Shown in pieces: positions 55,803 to 64,000 of a stretch of 64,000 bases of DNA. Source of the DNA: Candidatus Omnitrophota bacterium (GTDB lineage Bacteria; Omnitrophota; Gorgyraeia; Gygaellales; Profunditerraquicolaceae). The notes beneath the pieces are model-generated. The model was not told the DNA's origin. It searched no databases and was given only the letters and a program-made list of their open reading frames with translations. The DNA lies in contig JAPLLX010000002.1 of the NCBI GenBank assembly GCA_026387335.1, forward strand, positions 77,326-141,325. Reading direction: 5' to 3'. Every line of letters begins with the position of its first letter. The stretch's first letter is position 1. A program made the position numbers and the translations under genes.

Positions 55803-57007
55803 GCCATAAAATCATCGTGCCCATAGGGCCATATCACCCTTTACAGGAAGAGCCGGAATATTTCCAACTTTATGTTGAAGGCGAGCGGGTAGTTGATATA
55901 GATATAATTATCGGTTATAACCACCGCGGAATAGAAAAACTATCCGAGTCTAAACATTTTGACCAGGTGCCGTTCTTAGTCGAGCGTATTTGCGGCATTT
56001 GTTCGTCAAGCCATCCTTATGCTTATGTTTTAGCCGTAGAAAATATTTTAGGAGGAGAAGCAACTATTGTTCCGGAGAGAGCACTCTATATCCGCACAAT
56101 CATTGATGAACTCCAGAGGATCCACAGCCATCTCTTATGGTTGGGCCTGGCCGGACATTTTATCGGATATAATACTATCTGGATGTGGGCGTGGAAATAC
56201 CGCGAGCCGGTCCTGGATTGTTTTGAAATGGTTACCGGAAACCGGAATAACTACGCTATGTTCAAAGTCGGCGGAGTCAGGCGGGATATAAAAGACGAAG
56301 ATATTCCGGTCTTAAAAAAGATGCTGGACGAATTAAGCCCGGCGGTAGATTTATTCCGCGGCGCGATTATGGATGACCCGGTCATTAAAATGCGGCTTAA
56401 GGGCGTAGGGGTGTTGACCCGCCAACAGGTGATTGATTGGTGCGTTGTGGGCCCCACTGCCCGGGCCTCAGGAGTGAATATTGATATTCGCCGGGATGAT
56501 CCTTACGGAGTAATTGAGAGGCTGGATTGGAACGTAATTTTAGAAAAAGAGGGAGATATTTTTTGTAAAACCGTAGTCAGGATCCTGGAATTATATGAGA
56601 GTATAAGTATAATCCGGCAGTCCTTAAATAAGATCCCCAAGGGCGCTCCCATTGACGCCGAAGTCAAAGATATCCCTGCCGGAGAAGGCATCGGTAGAGT
56701 GGAAGCTCCCCGGGGTGAATGTTTCCATTATATAAAAAGCGACGGGACCAACCGGCCGATCAGGCATAAGATCCGCTCTCCGAGTTTTATGAATGTGGCT
56801 TCGGATAAAGTTTCGGCGGTAGGAGGGACGATTTCCGATGCTACGCTGACTCTAGCGGCGGTTGACCCCTGTTATTGTTGCACGGAGAGAGTGGCGGTTA
56901 TCCGCAAAACAGATAATCACAAAGTGATGAATGGCTGGGATTTGATTAAGTTGTCTCAAGAAAAGACCCTTAGACTAAAGGAGGTTTATTATGGTAGACC
57001 TGAATAG
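55799..57007 (+). CDS. group 4 [NiFe]-hydrogenase large subunit (NuoD/EchE/HycE-like)
   Basis: 402 aa with L1 motif RICGICSSSH and L2 motif DPCYCCTER both present. A tail of roughly 35 aa follows L2. Confidence 0.9.
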   Translation: MSHKIIVPIGPYHPLQEEPEYFQLYVEGERVVDIDIIIGYNHRGIEKLSESKHFDQVPFLVERICGICSSSHPYAYVLAVENILGGEATIVPERALYIRTIIDELQRIHSHLLWLGLAGHFIGYNTIWMWAWKYREPVLDCFEMVTGNRNNYAMFKVGGVRRDIKDEDIPVLKKMLDELSPAVDLFRGAIMDDPVIKMRLKGVGVLTRQQVIDWCVVGPTARASGVNIDIRRDDPYGVIERLDWNVILEKEGDIFCKTVVRILELYESISIIRQSLNKIPKGAPIDAEVKDIPAGEGIGRVEAPRGECFHYIKSDGTNRPIRHKIRSPSFMNVASDKVSAVGGTISDATLTLAAVDPCYCCTERVAVIRKTDNHKVMNGWDLIKLSQEKTLRLKEVYYGRPE

Positions 57008-57608
57008 TATTAAGGTAAAGATTAATCAAATGTCCAAAAGCGCTTCATCTATGTGGCAGCTTACTTATGACGCTTTCATTGAGCACGACGTGGACCTGAT
57101 CACCAAGGCCCTGCTTGAGGAAGATAAACTCAATGCTTTGGAAGAGGAAATCAATAAAGAAATAATCGGCTTAGCTCGTTCGTCAGTCACGCCGGAAGAA
57201 AAATCCAGAGTTATAACTTATGCCAATATTGCCGGGGATTTTGAGTTAATCGGAGACTACTGTAAGGATATTCTGGAGAGGATCCAGATAAAGATAGAAG
57301 AAAAGCTGCTTTTTAGCGAAGGAGCGGTGGAAGAATATAAGAACCTTTACAATAAAACCAAAGGCGCTTTGGATGAAGTTGTTTTTGTTTTGGAGAAAGA
57401 TAACCCCGCCCTGATTAAAGAAGTATTAAGAAAAGAGGAGCATATTGACAGCCTCGTGGATAAATACCGCCATAACCACGACCAGCGAATGCTTGTCGGC
57501 GAATGCACGCCTATGGGCTGTAATATGTTTTTGAACATGCTGGATTTTACAGCCGCGGTTTATTACCATATTAAAAAGATAGCTAAAAGCCTCTTAGAGA
57601 TAAAATGA
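56991..57608 (+). CDS. PhoU-like (PhoU/DUF47-type helical repeat) protein embedded in the hydrogenase operon
   Basis: 205 aa, all-helical, with two halves each carrying acidic E/DxxxD-type patches (EEDKLNALEEEINKE; KEEHIDSLVDKYRHNHD). Overlaps both neighbours. Confidence 0.4.
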   Translation: MVDLNSIKVKINQMSKSASSMWQLTYDAFIEHDVDLITKALLEEDKLNALEEEINKEIIGLARSSVTPEEKSRVITYANIAGDFELIGDYCKDILERIQIKIEEKLLFSEGAVEEYKNLYNKTKGALDEVVFVLEKDNPALIKEVLRKEEHIDSLVDKYRHNHDQRMLVGECTPMGCNMFLNMLDFTAAVYYHIKKIAKSLLEIK

Positions 57609-59338
57609 TGAATACCAGTTTATTCTTTTTACTTGCGCTTCCCCTGGCCGTTTGTTTAATTTTATTCTTTTTAGGCAAACAGGATAATCTGAGGAAGAAC
57701 TTAAGCTTAGCCGTATTCCTGTTAAGCCTGGTATTTTCCGTTTATTTATTTTTAAAGCCGCCCGGAGCCTGGAGCAGGTATTTATTTAACGGCTACGTTC
57801 TTACGCTCGGGCTGGATAAGCTCTCCCGCCTGATATTAATCTTCGCCAATCTTTTCGGGGTATTGGTCTGCTTATATTCTAAAGATTATATGAACGCTAA
57901 GCGCGGGTATTTCTCCTGGCTCCTGGGATTGCTGGTCTTTACTAATTTAGAAATACTGGCCACGGACTTTATTATATTCGTATTATCCTGGGGCGGTTCC
58001 ATCTTTATGCTCTACGCCTTACTTAACCTGGGTTCAAGTTTTAGCGCTAAAAAGGCCACGACAATATTAGGGTTTTCTTATATCTGTTTTATTATCGGCG
58101 CCTGTATCTATTCCAGGTTTAGCGGTTCATTCAGCATGTCAGGCGGGACGAGCATGGTTCTCAACCGGCCTGTATGCTGGCTAGCTTTTGGCTTGATGCT
58201 CACCGGCGCCCTGGCCAAGATGGGTTCGGGCCCATTTCATACCTGGATACCTACTGCCAGCGAAAATGCCCCTATTCCGGTTATGGCCATATTGCCGGCA
58301 TCTTTGGACAAACTGCTGGGCGTATACATACTCTCGCGCCTTTGCCTGGACTTCTTTGTGATGAATAGTTTTGTAATCGCGCTCTTGCTGATTACCGGGA
58401 GCCTCACTATAATTTTTGCGGTTTTGATGGCGCTTATCCAGCATGACTTAAGGAAGCTGCTGGCGTATCACGCGATAAGCCAGGCAGGATATATGGTCCT
58501 GGGTTTAGGCACCGGAAATCCCGTAGGGGTTATAGGCGCGATATTCCATATGTTTAACAACGCGATATACAAAAACGGGCTTTTCCTGGTGGGTGGCGCG
58601 GTAGAAAAAGAGAAGGGAACTTTTGACCTGGATAAATTAGGGGGCCTGGCCCGCTATATGCCGCTTACTTTTGCGAGCGCGCTGATTTTAGCTCTCTCCA
58701 TTTCAGGAGTCCCTCCTTTTAATGGTTTTGTTTCTAAGTTGATGATTTATCAGGGCACACTTTTAGGGCTTATGTCATCTTCAGGGATCTGGTTGCGTTT
58801 TGCTTTTATGTTTGCTTTAATTTCGGCGATGTTTGGCAGCGCCCTTACTTTGGCCAGTTTTATAAAATTTATCCACGCTATCTTTTTAGGCCAGGATAAT
58901 AACCTTAAGAAGAATAAAATAAGCGAGGCTCCCTGGAAGATGCTTACTCCGCTATTGGTCTTATCCGGGCTTTGCGTAGTCCTTGGGATATTCTCCAGCG
59001 CCTTTATCAGAGGAGAACTGGCTGCGTCTTTCTCATTCGCCCTAAATTATAGCGGAAAAATAAACAGTATGTTTGTCGCCTTGTTCTTAGGCGTAGCCTT
59101 ACTGGCGGGATTCCTTTTATGGAAAGTAATTTCTTCAGGCAAAGGGGTAAGGGAAGATAGCTTTTTTGTAGGAGGGGAGTCGGCCTACGGTTCGCCCAAT
59201 TTCCCGGCTACGGAATTTTATAAGACAATAGAGGACGTTCCTTTATTGTCTAAGGTTTATAAGTTTCTTAAATCCGGGAAATGGGATATCTATAACCTGT
59301 TAAACAAAATTTTGAAAATATGCGCCGTCCAAAAATAA
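57605..59338 (+). CDS. antiporter-like NuoL/M/N / HycC-type membrane subunit
   Basis: 577 aa with about 14 TM segments and conserved region KMGSGPFHTWIP. Confidence 0.8.
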   Translation: MMNTSLFFLLALPLAVCLILFFLGKQDNLRKNLSLAVFLLSLVFSVYLFLKPPGAWSRYLFNGYVLTLGLDKLSRLILIFANLFGVLVCLYSKDYMNAKRGYFSWLLGLLVFTNLEILATDFIIFVLSWGGSIFMLYALLNLGSSFSAKKATTILGFSYICFIIGACIYSRFSGSFSMSGGTSMVLNRPVCWLAFGLMLTGALAKMGSGPFHTWIPTASENAPIPVMAILPASLDKLLGVYILSRLCLDFFVMNSFVIALLLITGSLTIIFAVLMALIQHDLRKLLAYHAISQAGYMVLGLGTGNPVGVIGAIFHMFNNAIYKNGLFLVGGAVEKEKGTFDLDKLGGLARYMPLTFASALILALSISGVPPFNGFVSKLMIYQGTLLGLMSSSGIWLRFAFMFALISAMFGSALTLASFIKFIHAIFLGQDNNLKKNKISEAPWKMLTPLLVLSGLCVVLGIFSSAFIRGELAASFSFALNYSGKINSMFVALFLGVALLAGFLLWKVISSGKGVREDSFFVGGESAYGSPNFPATEFYKTIEDVPLLSKVYKFLKSGKWDIYNLLNKILKICAVQK

Positions 59339-59934
59339 GAGAATTAAAAGAGGTTATAAAGTCTTTATTCGGTCGCGCTTACACCAGCGATTTCCCGCGT
59401 AAGCCGCATACGCCTTACGAGAGGTTTCGCGGCAGGCCATATTTCCATGAGGAAGATTGCCTGGGTTGCACTGCCTGCGCTCAGGTCTGCCCGGCGAAAG
59501 CGATAGAGGTAAGCGATCAGGTGGCCGCAGGGGCAATAAAAAGAAAATTAACTGTTCATTGGGATATCTGCATATTTTGCGGGCAATGCGAGGCCAGTTG
59601 CCCTACCTTAAAAGGTATAATGCTCTCGCGGGAATTTGACCTGGCTACAACCGAGAAGAGGCAGGATTTAAAGCAGGTAATTGAAAAAGAGTTCGTAATC
59701 TGCGAATATTGCGGCGAGCCGATCCTGCCTTACGACCAGTATGTTTGGGTCGCTAAACGCTTAGGCGCGCTTACTTTTACCAACGCTTCGCTTCTGCTTT
59801 TTTATTTAAGAAGCGCCGGGCTGGCTTTAAAAGAAAGGTTTCTTGCCGGCAATAAACAGGCCGCTCTCAACCGTTCTACGCGCCTGAAAATCCTTTGTCC
59901 CCGCTGCCGGCGCGAGGCAGTAATCAAATCTTAA
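59320..59934 (+). CDS. NuoI/HycF-like 2x[4Fe-4S] subunit with C-terminal Cys4 extension
   Basis: CLGCTACAQVCP and CIFCGQCEASCP, then CEYCGEP...CPRCRRE. Confidence 0.7.
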   Translation: MRRPKIRELKEVIKSLFGRAYTSDFPRKPHTPYERFRGRPYFHEEDCLGCTACAQVCPAKAIEVSDQVAAGAIKRKLTVHWDICIFCGQCEASCPTLKGIMLSREFDLATTEKRQDLKQVIEKEFVICEYCGEPILPYDQYVWVAKRLGALTFTNASLLLFYLRSAGLALKERFLAGNKQAALNRSTRLKILCPRCRREAVIKS

Positions 59935-59940
59935 TTTATG

Positions 59941-59982
59941 CCCCTGCTGTTCCGAATGTCCGATAAAATGAAACAGCAGGGG
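59941..59982 (+). terminator. hairpin ending the hydrogenase operon
   Basis: CCCCTGCTGTT-N20-AACAGCAGGGG forms an 11-bp perfect stem with no clear T tract. Confidence 0.4.
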
Positions 59983-60042
59983 TAAATTCGCGCATTGACT
60001 TACTCTCTGCCTTCGGCGGATCGTAAGTCAAGCGCTCATTTA

Positions 60043-61239
60043 ATGTTTTCTTCATTACAGGTAAGAAATTACCGGGTCTATTGGCTTGGTATGTTTGTTT
60101 CGCTTATCGGCACCTGGATCCAGCAGGTAGCCCAGAGTTGGCTGGTCTTTGAGCTGACTAATTCGGCTTTTCTCCTTGGCGTGGTGGGATTTTTAAGCTC
60201 TATCCCCATATTCCTTTTATCATTATTCGGAGGCGTTTTAGCTGACCGCCTGAATAAAAGGAATATCCTCATATTAACCCAAACAATTTTTATGGTCCTG
60301 GCGTTTATATTGGCGGTCCTTACTCAAAATAAATTAATTACTCCTGCGCAGATTATGATTATCGCTTTGCTTAACGGGATAGTTATGGCTTTTGACGCGC
60401 CGGCCCGGCAGGCAGTAGTGGTAGAACTCGTCGGAAAAACCCATTTATTTAACGCGATAGCTTTAAATTCCGTGGCTTTTAATTCTTCGCGGATAATCGG
60501 CCCGGCTCTAGCCGGTATATTAGTCGCGACAATAGGCATGAGCGGTTGTTTCTATATAAACGGGATAAGTTTTTTGGCGGTACTGATTGCTCTTTGGACA
60601 ATTAGTATCAAGAGAGGGATTAATGACGTTAAATCCAAAGGAGCGTTCCACGATTTAAAAGAAGGCCTGATATTTATTAAGAATAATCGCCTGATTTTGG
60701 CTTTGATTTCTAATGTAGCGGTAATCAGCCTATTTGGCGTGGCCCATATTATACTTATGCCCATATTTGCCAATGATATTTTAAAGGTGGGGATTAAAGG
60801 CCTGGGGGTTTTATTGTCTGCTTCAGGGATGGGCGCGTTAATCGGGGCGCTGATTTTAGCTAAACTCGGAGATTCTAAGCGCAAGGGGAGGCTCCTTTGC
60901 GCTTCAACGATATTGTTTTCTTTCGCTCTTATAATTTTCTCTTTATCAAAAATATACTGGTTATCGCTTGTGGCTATGTTTTTGGTAGGAGGGACAAGTG
61001 TTACGGCAGTCGCCCTGATAAATACGTTATTACAGATGAGGGTTGAGGATAAATTCAGAGGCAGGGTAATGAGCGTATTTATGATTACTTTTGCCGGTTT
61101 GATGCCTTTTGGCAATCTTATCGCCGGGAGTATTGCCCAGGTAATGGGTGTTTCTTTCGCGGTTATGTTAGGTGGTAGCATTTGCGCGGCGTTTTTTCTG
61201 ACCGTTAATGTTGTCTACCCGAAAATAAGAGAAATCTAA
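60043..61239 (+). CDS. MFS transporter (EntS/MFS_3-like)
   Basis: ATG 60043 (MFSSLQVRNYRVYWLG) is preferred over the tracked non-ATG start 59995. About 12 TM segments. Confidence 0.7.
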   Translation: MFSSLQVRNYRVYWLGMFVSLIGTWIQQVAQSWLVFELTNSAFLLGVVGFLSSIPIFLLSLFGGVLADRLNKRNILILTQTIFMVLAFILAVLTQNKLITPAQIMIIALLNGIVMAFDAPARQAVVVELVGKTHLFNAIALNSVAFNSSRIIGPALAGILVATIGMSGCFYINGISFLAVLIALWTISIKRGINDVKSKGAFHDLKEGLIFIKNNRLILALISNVAVISLFGVAHIILMPIFANDILKVGIKGLGVLLSASGMGALIGALILAKLGDSKRKGRLLCASTILFSFALIIFSLSKIYWLSLVAMFLVGGTSVTAVALINTLLQMRVEDKFRGRVMSVFMITFAGLMPFGNLIAGSIAQVMGVSFAVMLGGSICAAFFLTVNVVYPKIREI

Positions 61240-61350
61240 GTAATTTTGATTGATTTTTCTAAAAGATTTGTTAAAATTATAGAAACCAGTAACACCCCGG
61301 GCTTATAAGGTATTGCGCGGGTGTGCCCTTCTGGTCAAGGAGGTGAGCAG

Positions 61351-61827
61351 ATGAAAAGATTCGGATTTATTGTTTTGGCTTCCGTAATTGCAATTTCAAT
61401 TTTCGGATGCGGTAAAAAGCAGCAAACGTTAGAAGAGATGCAGCAACCAATGTCTATGGAGACGCTTTCCACAATGTCTACTACAACCGCGCCTACTCTA
61501 GAGACAAAGGTAGAGAGCAAGGCCCCTGAAGCTAAGATTGAAGTAGGAACTCCTTCAGTAGTCAAAGCGGCAAAATTAGAACCCTTACCTCCGGCCGGTC
61601 CTTTTAAACCTACGGCTATCGAGATCCAGGCAGCGCTTAAGAACGCGGGTTTCTATACCGGAACAGTAGACGGCAAAATCGGAGCAAAAACCAAGAAGGC
61701 TATCTCAGAATTCCAGAAGGCAAATGGCCTGACAGGAGATGGCAAAGTAGGTCCTAAGACTTGGAGCGTATTAAGTAAATATCTTAATTCCCAGTCAGCG
61801 TCACCAACATCTTCCGGCGCCAGATAA
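61351..61827 (+). CDS. lipoprotein with C-terminal peptidoglycan-binding (PG_binding_1) domain
   Basis: ATG 61351 follows AAGGAGG. Lipobox SIFGC and the PGB motif FYTGTVDGKIGAKTKKAISEFQKANGLTGDGKVGPKTW. Confidence 0.7.
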   Translation: MKRFGFIVLASVIAISIFGCGKKQQTLEEMQQPMSMETLSTMSTTTAPTLETKVESKAPEAKIEVGTPSVVKAAKLEPLPPAGPFKPTAIEIQAALKNAGFYTGTVDGKIGAKTKKAISEFQKANGLTGDGKVGPKTWSVLSKYLNSQSASPTSSGAR

Positions 61828-61850
61828 GCTGAGCCAGTTTTAGTTTTAAG

Positions 61851-61890
61851 AAAAGTCCCGGCATTTTTGCTGGGACTTTTTTTATTTTTG
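61851..61890 (+). terminator. intrinsic terminator
   Basis: AGTCCCGGC-attttt-GCTGGGACT stem followed by TTTTTTTATTTTT. Confidence 0.7.
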
Positions 61891-61906
61891 GTGTTATAAT
61901 AACCTA

Positions 61907-63091
61907 ATGCTTGAATTTCCTAAAGAATTTCTCTGGGGCGCGTCTACTTCCGCTTATCAGGTTGAGGGCGATAATGTATCCAGCGACTGGTGGGAGTGGG
62001 AGAAGCGCGTTAATCTAAAATACCCTTCTGGGAAAGCAGCCCGCCATTACGAGTTTTACGCCCAGGATTTTGACCTGGCCAAAGAGTTAAATCACAATTG
62101 CCACCGTCTCTCTATTGAGTGGTCGCGCATTGAGCCTGAGGAAGGCAGATTCTCCGCTAAAGAGCTGGAGCATTATAAGCAGGTGATTTTGAGCCTAAAA
62201 GCGCGCTCGCTTAAGCCGATAGTCACCCTGCATCATTTCACTAATCCTATCTGGTTTGCCAAAGCCGGCGGTTGGCGCAATAAGCAAGCGGTGCAATATT
62301 TCCTGCGTTATGTTGAAAAAGTTGTAGGCGCGCTTGCCGGCGATGTGCCTTTTTGGGTGACCATCAATGAGCCGATGGTCTATACTTATTTTTCTTATTT
62401 TTTAGGCACCTGGCCTCCGCAGGAGAGGTCAATTTTAAGGGCCAGGCAAGTAACCGGGAATTTGGTCAAGGCGCATATTGCAGCCTATCATTTAATCCGC
62501 GATATTTATCAGAAGAAGAATCTAGAATATCCTCAAATCAGTATCGCCCAGAATATGCAGGCTTTTATTCCTTGCCTACCTAGCCTAAAGAATAAAATAT
62601 CCGCTTACTTCAGGCATAAATTTTACAATCTTGAGTTTATTGATAAATTGATCAGAAAGCACTCGATTGATTTTATCGGGATGAATTATTACAGCCCCAG
62701 CTGGGTGGGAAAGGTAAATTGTGCCAACCAGCCGGCTTTAAGAAAGAATTCCATGGGTTGGGACATATACCCGCAAGGCCTTTACGATTTATTGATGGGA
62801 CTAAAGAAATATAATCTTCCCGTATTTATTCTGGAAAACGGCATTTGCACTGATAATGACGCCTTAAGATGGGACTATATCCGGGAGCATCTTGAGAGTG
62901 TGAATAAGGCGTTGCTTGGCGGAGTAAAGATATTAGGCTACGTATATTGGTCTCTTCTGGATAATTACGAATGGGATAAAGGATTTGCCCCGCGATTTGG
63001 GCTGGTAGAGGTGGATTATAATACTTATAAACGCACGATCCGGGAGAGCGCCCGCAAATTCTCCGAAGTATGCAAGACCGGTAGATTATAA
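61907..63091 (+). CDS. bglA: GH1 beta-glucosidase
   Basis: 394 aa with acid/base TINEP and nucleophile ILENG. Confidence 0.9.
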   Translation: MLEFPKEFLWGASTSAYQVEGDNVSSDWWEWEKRVNLKYPSGKAARHYEFYAQDFDLAKELNHNCHRLSIEWSRIEPEEGRFSAKELEHYKQVILSLKARSLKPIVTLHHFTNPIWFAKAGGWRNKQAVQYFLRYVEKVVGALAGDVPFWVTINEPMVYTYFSYFLGTWPPQERSILRARQVTGNLVKAHIAAYHLIRDIYQKKNLEYPQISIAQNMQAFIPCLPSLKNKISAYFRHKFYNLEFIDKLIRKHSIDFIGMNYYSPSWVGKVNCANQPALRKNSMGWDIYPQGLYDLLMGLKKYNLPVFILENGICTDNDALRWDYIREHLESVNKALLGGVKILGYVYWSLLDNYEWDKGFAPRFGLVEVDYNTYKRTIRESARKFSEVCKTGRL

Positions 63092-63093
63092 TT

Positions 63094-64000
63094 ATGGAAA
63101 CAATTGAAAAAGATTTAATTATCCGGGAATTTCCTCTTTTCGCCGATTTATCGCCCAAAGAGCGCAAAATAATTAAAGAGCATTCCGGCGTTCTTTCCTT
63201 TAAGAAGGGCGATATCATTTATGAAGAAGGATCGTCCCCCAGCGGTTTTTACTGTCTTGTCCTGGGCCGGGTAGTTATTTATACTAAAGATACTCAAGGG
63301 GTCCAGAAAATCCTGGAATATCTGCATCGCGGTAAATACTTCGGGATAATTTCTCTGTTAACCAGCGAGCCGCATTCGGTGACCGCTCAAGCGACAAATG
63401 ACTGCGTGGTGTTAGTCATTAATAAAGAAGATTTTGATTTGGTTATTAACAAGATTCCCCGCCTGGCAATTGATTTGAGCCGGACCCTCTCCAGAAGATT
63501 GAAACGCAAAGACATACATCAGAAAGCTATCTTTGAAAGCACGGTTGTCTCAGTCTTCAGTTCATATTCTCAAGCCGGTAAAACAATTTACGCCCTGAAT
63601 TTAGCTTTAAGCCTTAAGAAAGAAACGCGTAAATCCATAATCATTCTGGATATTCTTTCAACTGACCAAACACATAGTTTGCCGGCGAGGCTGGATTTAG
63701 CAGGTGAGAAGATTTTTGATCTTTCCAAAGATATGGCGGATGCTCAAAAGGCGCCTAAGGATTTTATCCTCAAAAGCAAGTTTGGTATTGATTTATTTTG
63801 TTTCCATTATAGCCCCGAAGACGCTCTTTGCGTAAGAAGATTGCTGGGGATTTTAAGCGAGCTGGTAAACGAGTATCATTATATTATCCTGGATCTACCG
63901 TCACTGCTGGATAAAAACATCTTCAGTATCCTTAACCAGTCTGATTTTATCCATCTTTTAAGCGGGCCTGACGAACAGGAGTTGCAGAAAACGCATCTTC
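63094..64000 (+). CDS. cyclic-nucleotide-binding domain protein fused to a ParA/MinD/CpaE-like domain, 3' end beyond the window
   Basis: Not in the ORF track because it is open at the window end. cNMP-binding beta-barrel (FYCLVLGRVVIYT...GKYFGIISLL), then VVSVFSSYSQAGKT, a degenerate deviant Walker A. Confidence 0.65.
   Translation, partial: METIEKDLIIREFPLFADLSPKERKIIKEHSGVLSFKKGDIIYEEGSSPSGFYCLVLGRVVIYTKDTQGVQKILEYLHRGKYFGIISLLTSEPHSVTAQATNDCVVLVINKEDFDLVINKIPRLAIDLSRTLSRRLKRKDIHQKAIFESTVVSVFSSYSQAGKTIYALNLALSLKKETRKSIIILDILSTDQTHSLPARLDLAGEKIFDLSKDMADAQKAPKDFILKSKFGIDLFCFHYSPEDALCVRRLLGILSELVNEYHYIILDLPSLLDKNIFSILNQSDFIHLLSGPDEQELQKTHL

Noticed and set aside
60552-61181. 209-aa minus-strand ORF
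   Set aside because: It lies entirely antisense to a well-supported 12-TM MFS transporter gene. It has a low-complexity Ile/Pro/Thr/Lys-rich translation, no RBS and no motif, so it is a shadow ORF.
61280-61350. Possible small hairpin or riboswitch-like sequence upstream of the PG-binding lipoprotein gene, and the tracked GTG start at 61321
   Set aside because: Only a 5-6 bp imperfect stem is present. ATG 61351 with AAGGAGG gives a clean lipoprotein signal peptide, so the upstream GTG extension was discarded.
1-64000. Search for mobile elements, prophage, toxin-antitoxin or defence-system genes, rRNA and tRNA
   Set aside because: No integrase, transposase or recombinase motifs, no terminal inverted repeats, no tRNA-like cloverleaf regions in the intergenic spaces (all under 200 nt), and no recognisable defence genes were seen. 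The window looks like core chromosome plus metabolic accessory operons.

Overview
The window is a gene-dense, mostly plus-strand chromosomal segment with no rRNA, tRNA, CRISPR array, transposase or integrase that I could find. It appears to come from an uncultivated anaerobic diderm bacterium. Lnt, an LpxL-type acyltransferase and a TonB-dependent receptor argue for an outer membrane. Superoxide reductase, rubredoxin, a flavodiiron protein, a group 4 [NiFe]-hydrogenase and the COG1900 homocysteine route argue for an anaerobic lifestyle. An Omnitrophota-like or candidate-phylum origin is only my guess.

Housekeeping genes include pilT-like, prfB (with its classical +1 frameshift), secA, lnt, bioY, birA, cspA, mnmA, nadA, uppP and cysK.

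Four accessory blocks stand out:
1. 18.6-25.8 kb: an envelope or aminosugar modification cluster (HAD phosphatase, class III aminotransferase, arginase-fold protein, alpha/beta hydrolase, DegT aminotransferase, FemAB-like acyltransferase, ArnE/F-like pair).
2. 25.8-31.2 kb: an Rrf2-headed O2/ROS detoxification island containing unannotated micro-ORFs and a repeated pre-Shine-Dalgarno RNA element.
3. 31.3-36.5 kb: an Rrf2-headed sulfur module (cysK, nfu, COG1900 plus NIL-ferredoxin, LarE-like protein, nifS).
4. 51.6-59.9 kb: a ten-gene membrane-bound group 4 [NiFe]-hydrogenase operon that also carries a sulfhydrogenase/AsrAB-like NAD(P)H module and a PhoU-like gene.

The most unusual object is a 2163-aa signal-peptide-bearing ORF at 39866..46357.
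- Dissimilar sequence blocks are joined by a recurring ASS(A/P)V motif. Four copies of that motif are encoded by the identical 14-mer GCCAGCTCGGCGGT.
- It embeds what reads as a circularly permuted, cofactor-independent phosphoglycerate-mutase-like (alkaline phosphatase superfamily) domain.
- It is preceded by a promoter and a structured leader containing an intrinsic terminator, which resembles a riboswitch or attenuator.

All functional calls come from reading motifs in the supplied translations. No database search was possible.
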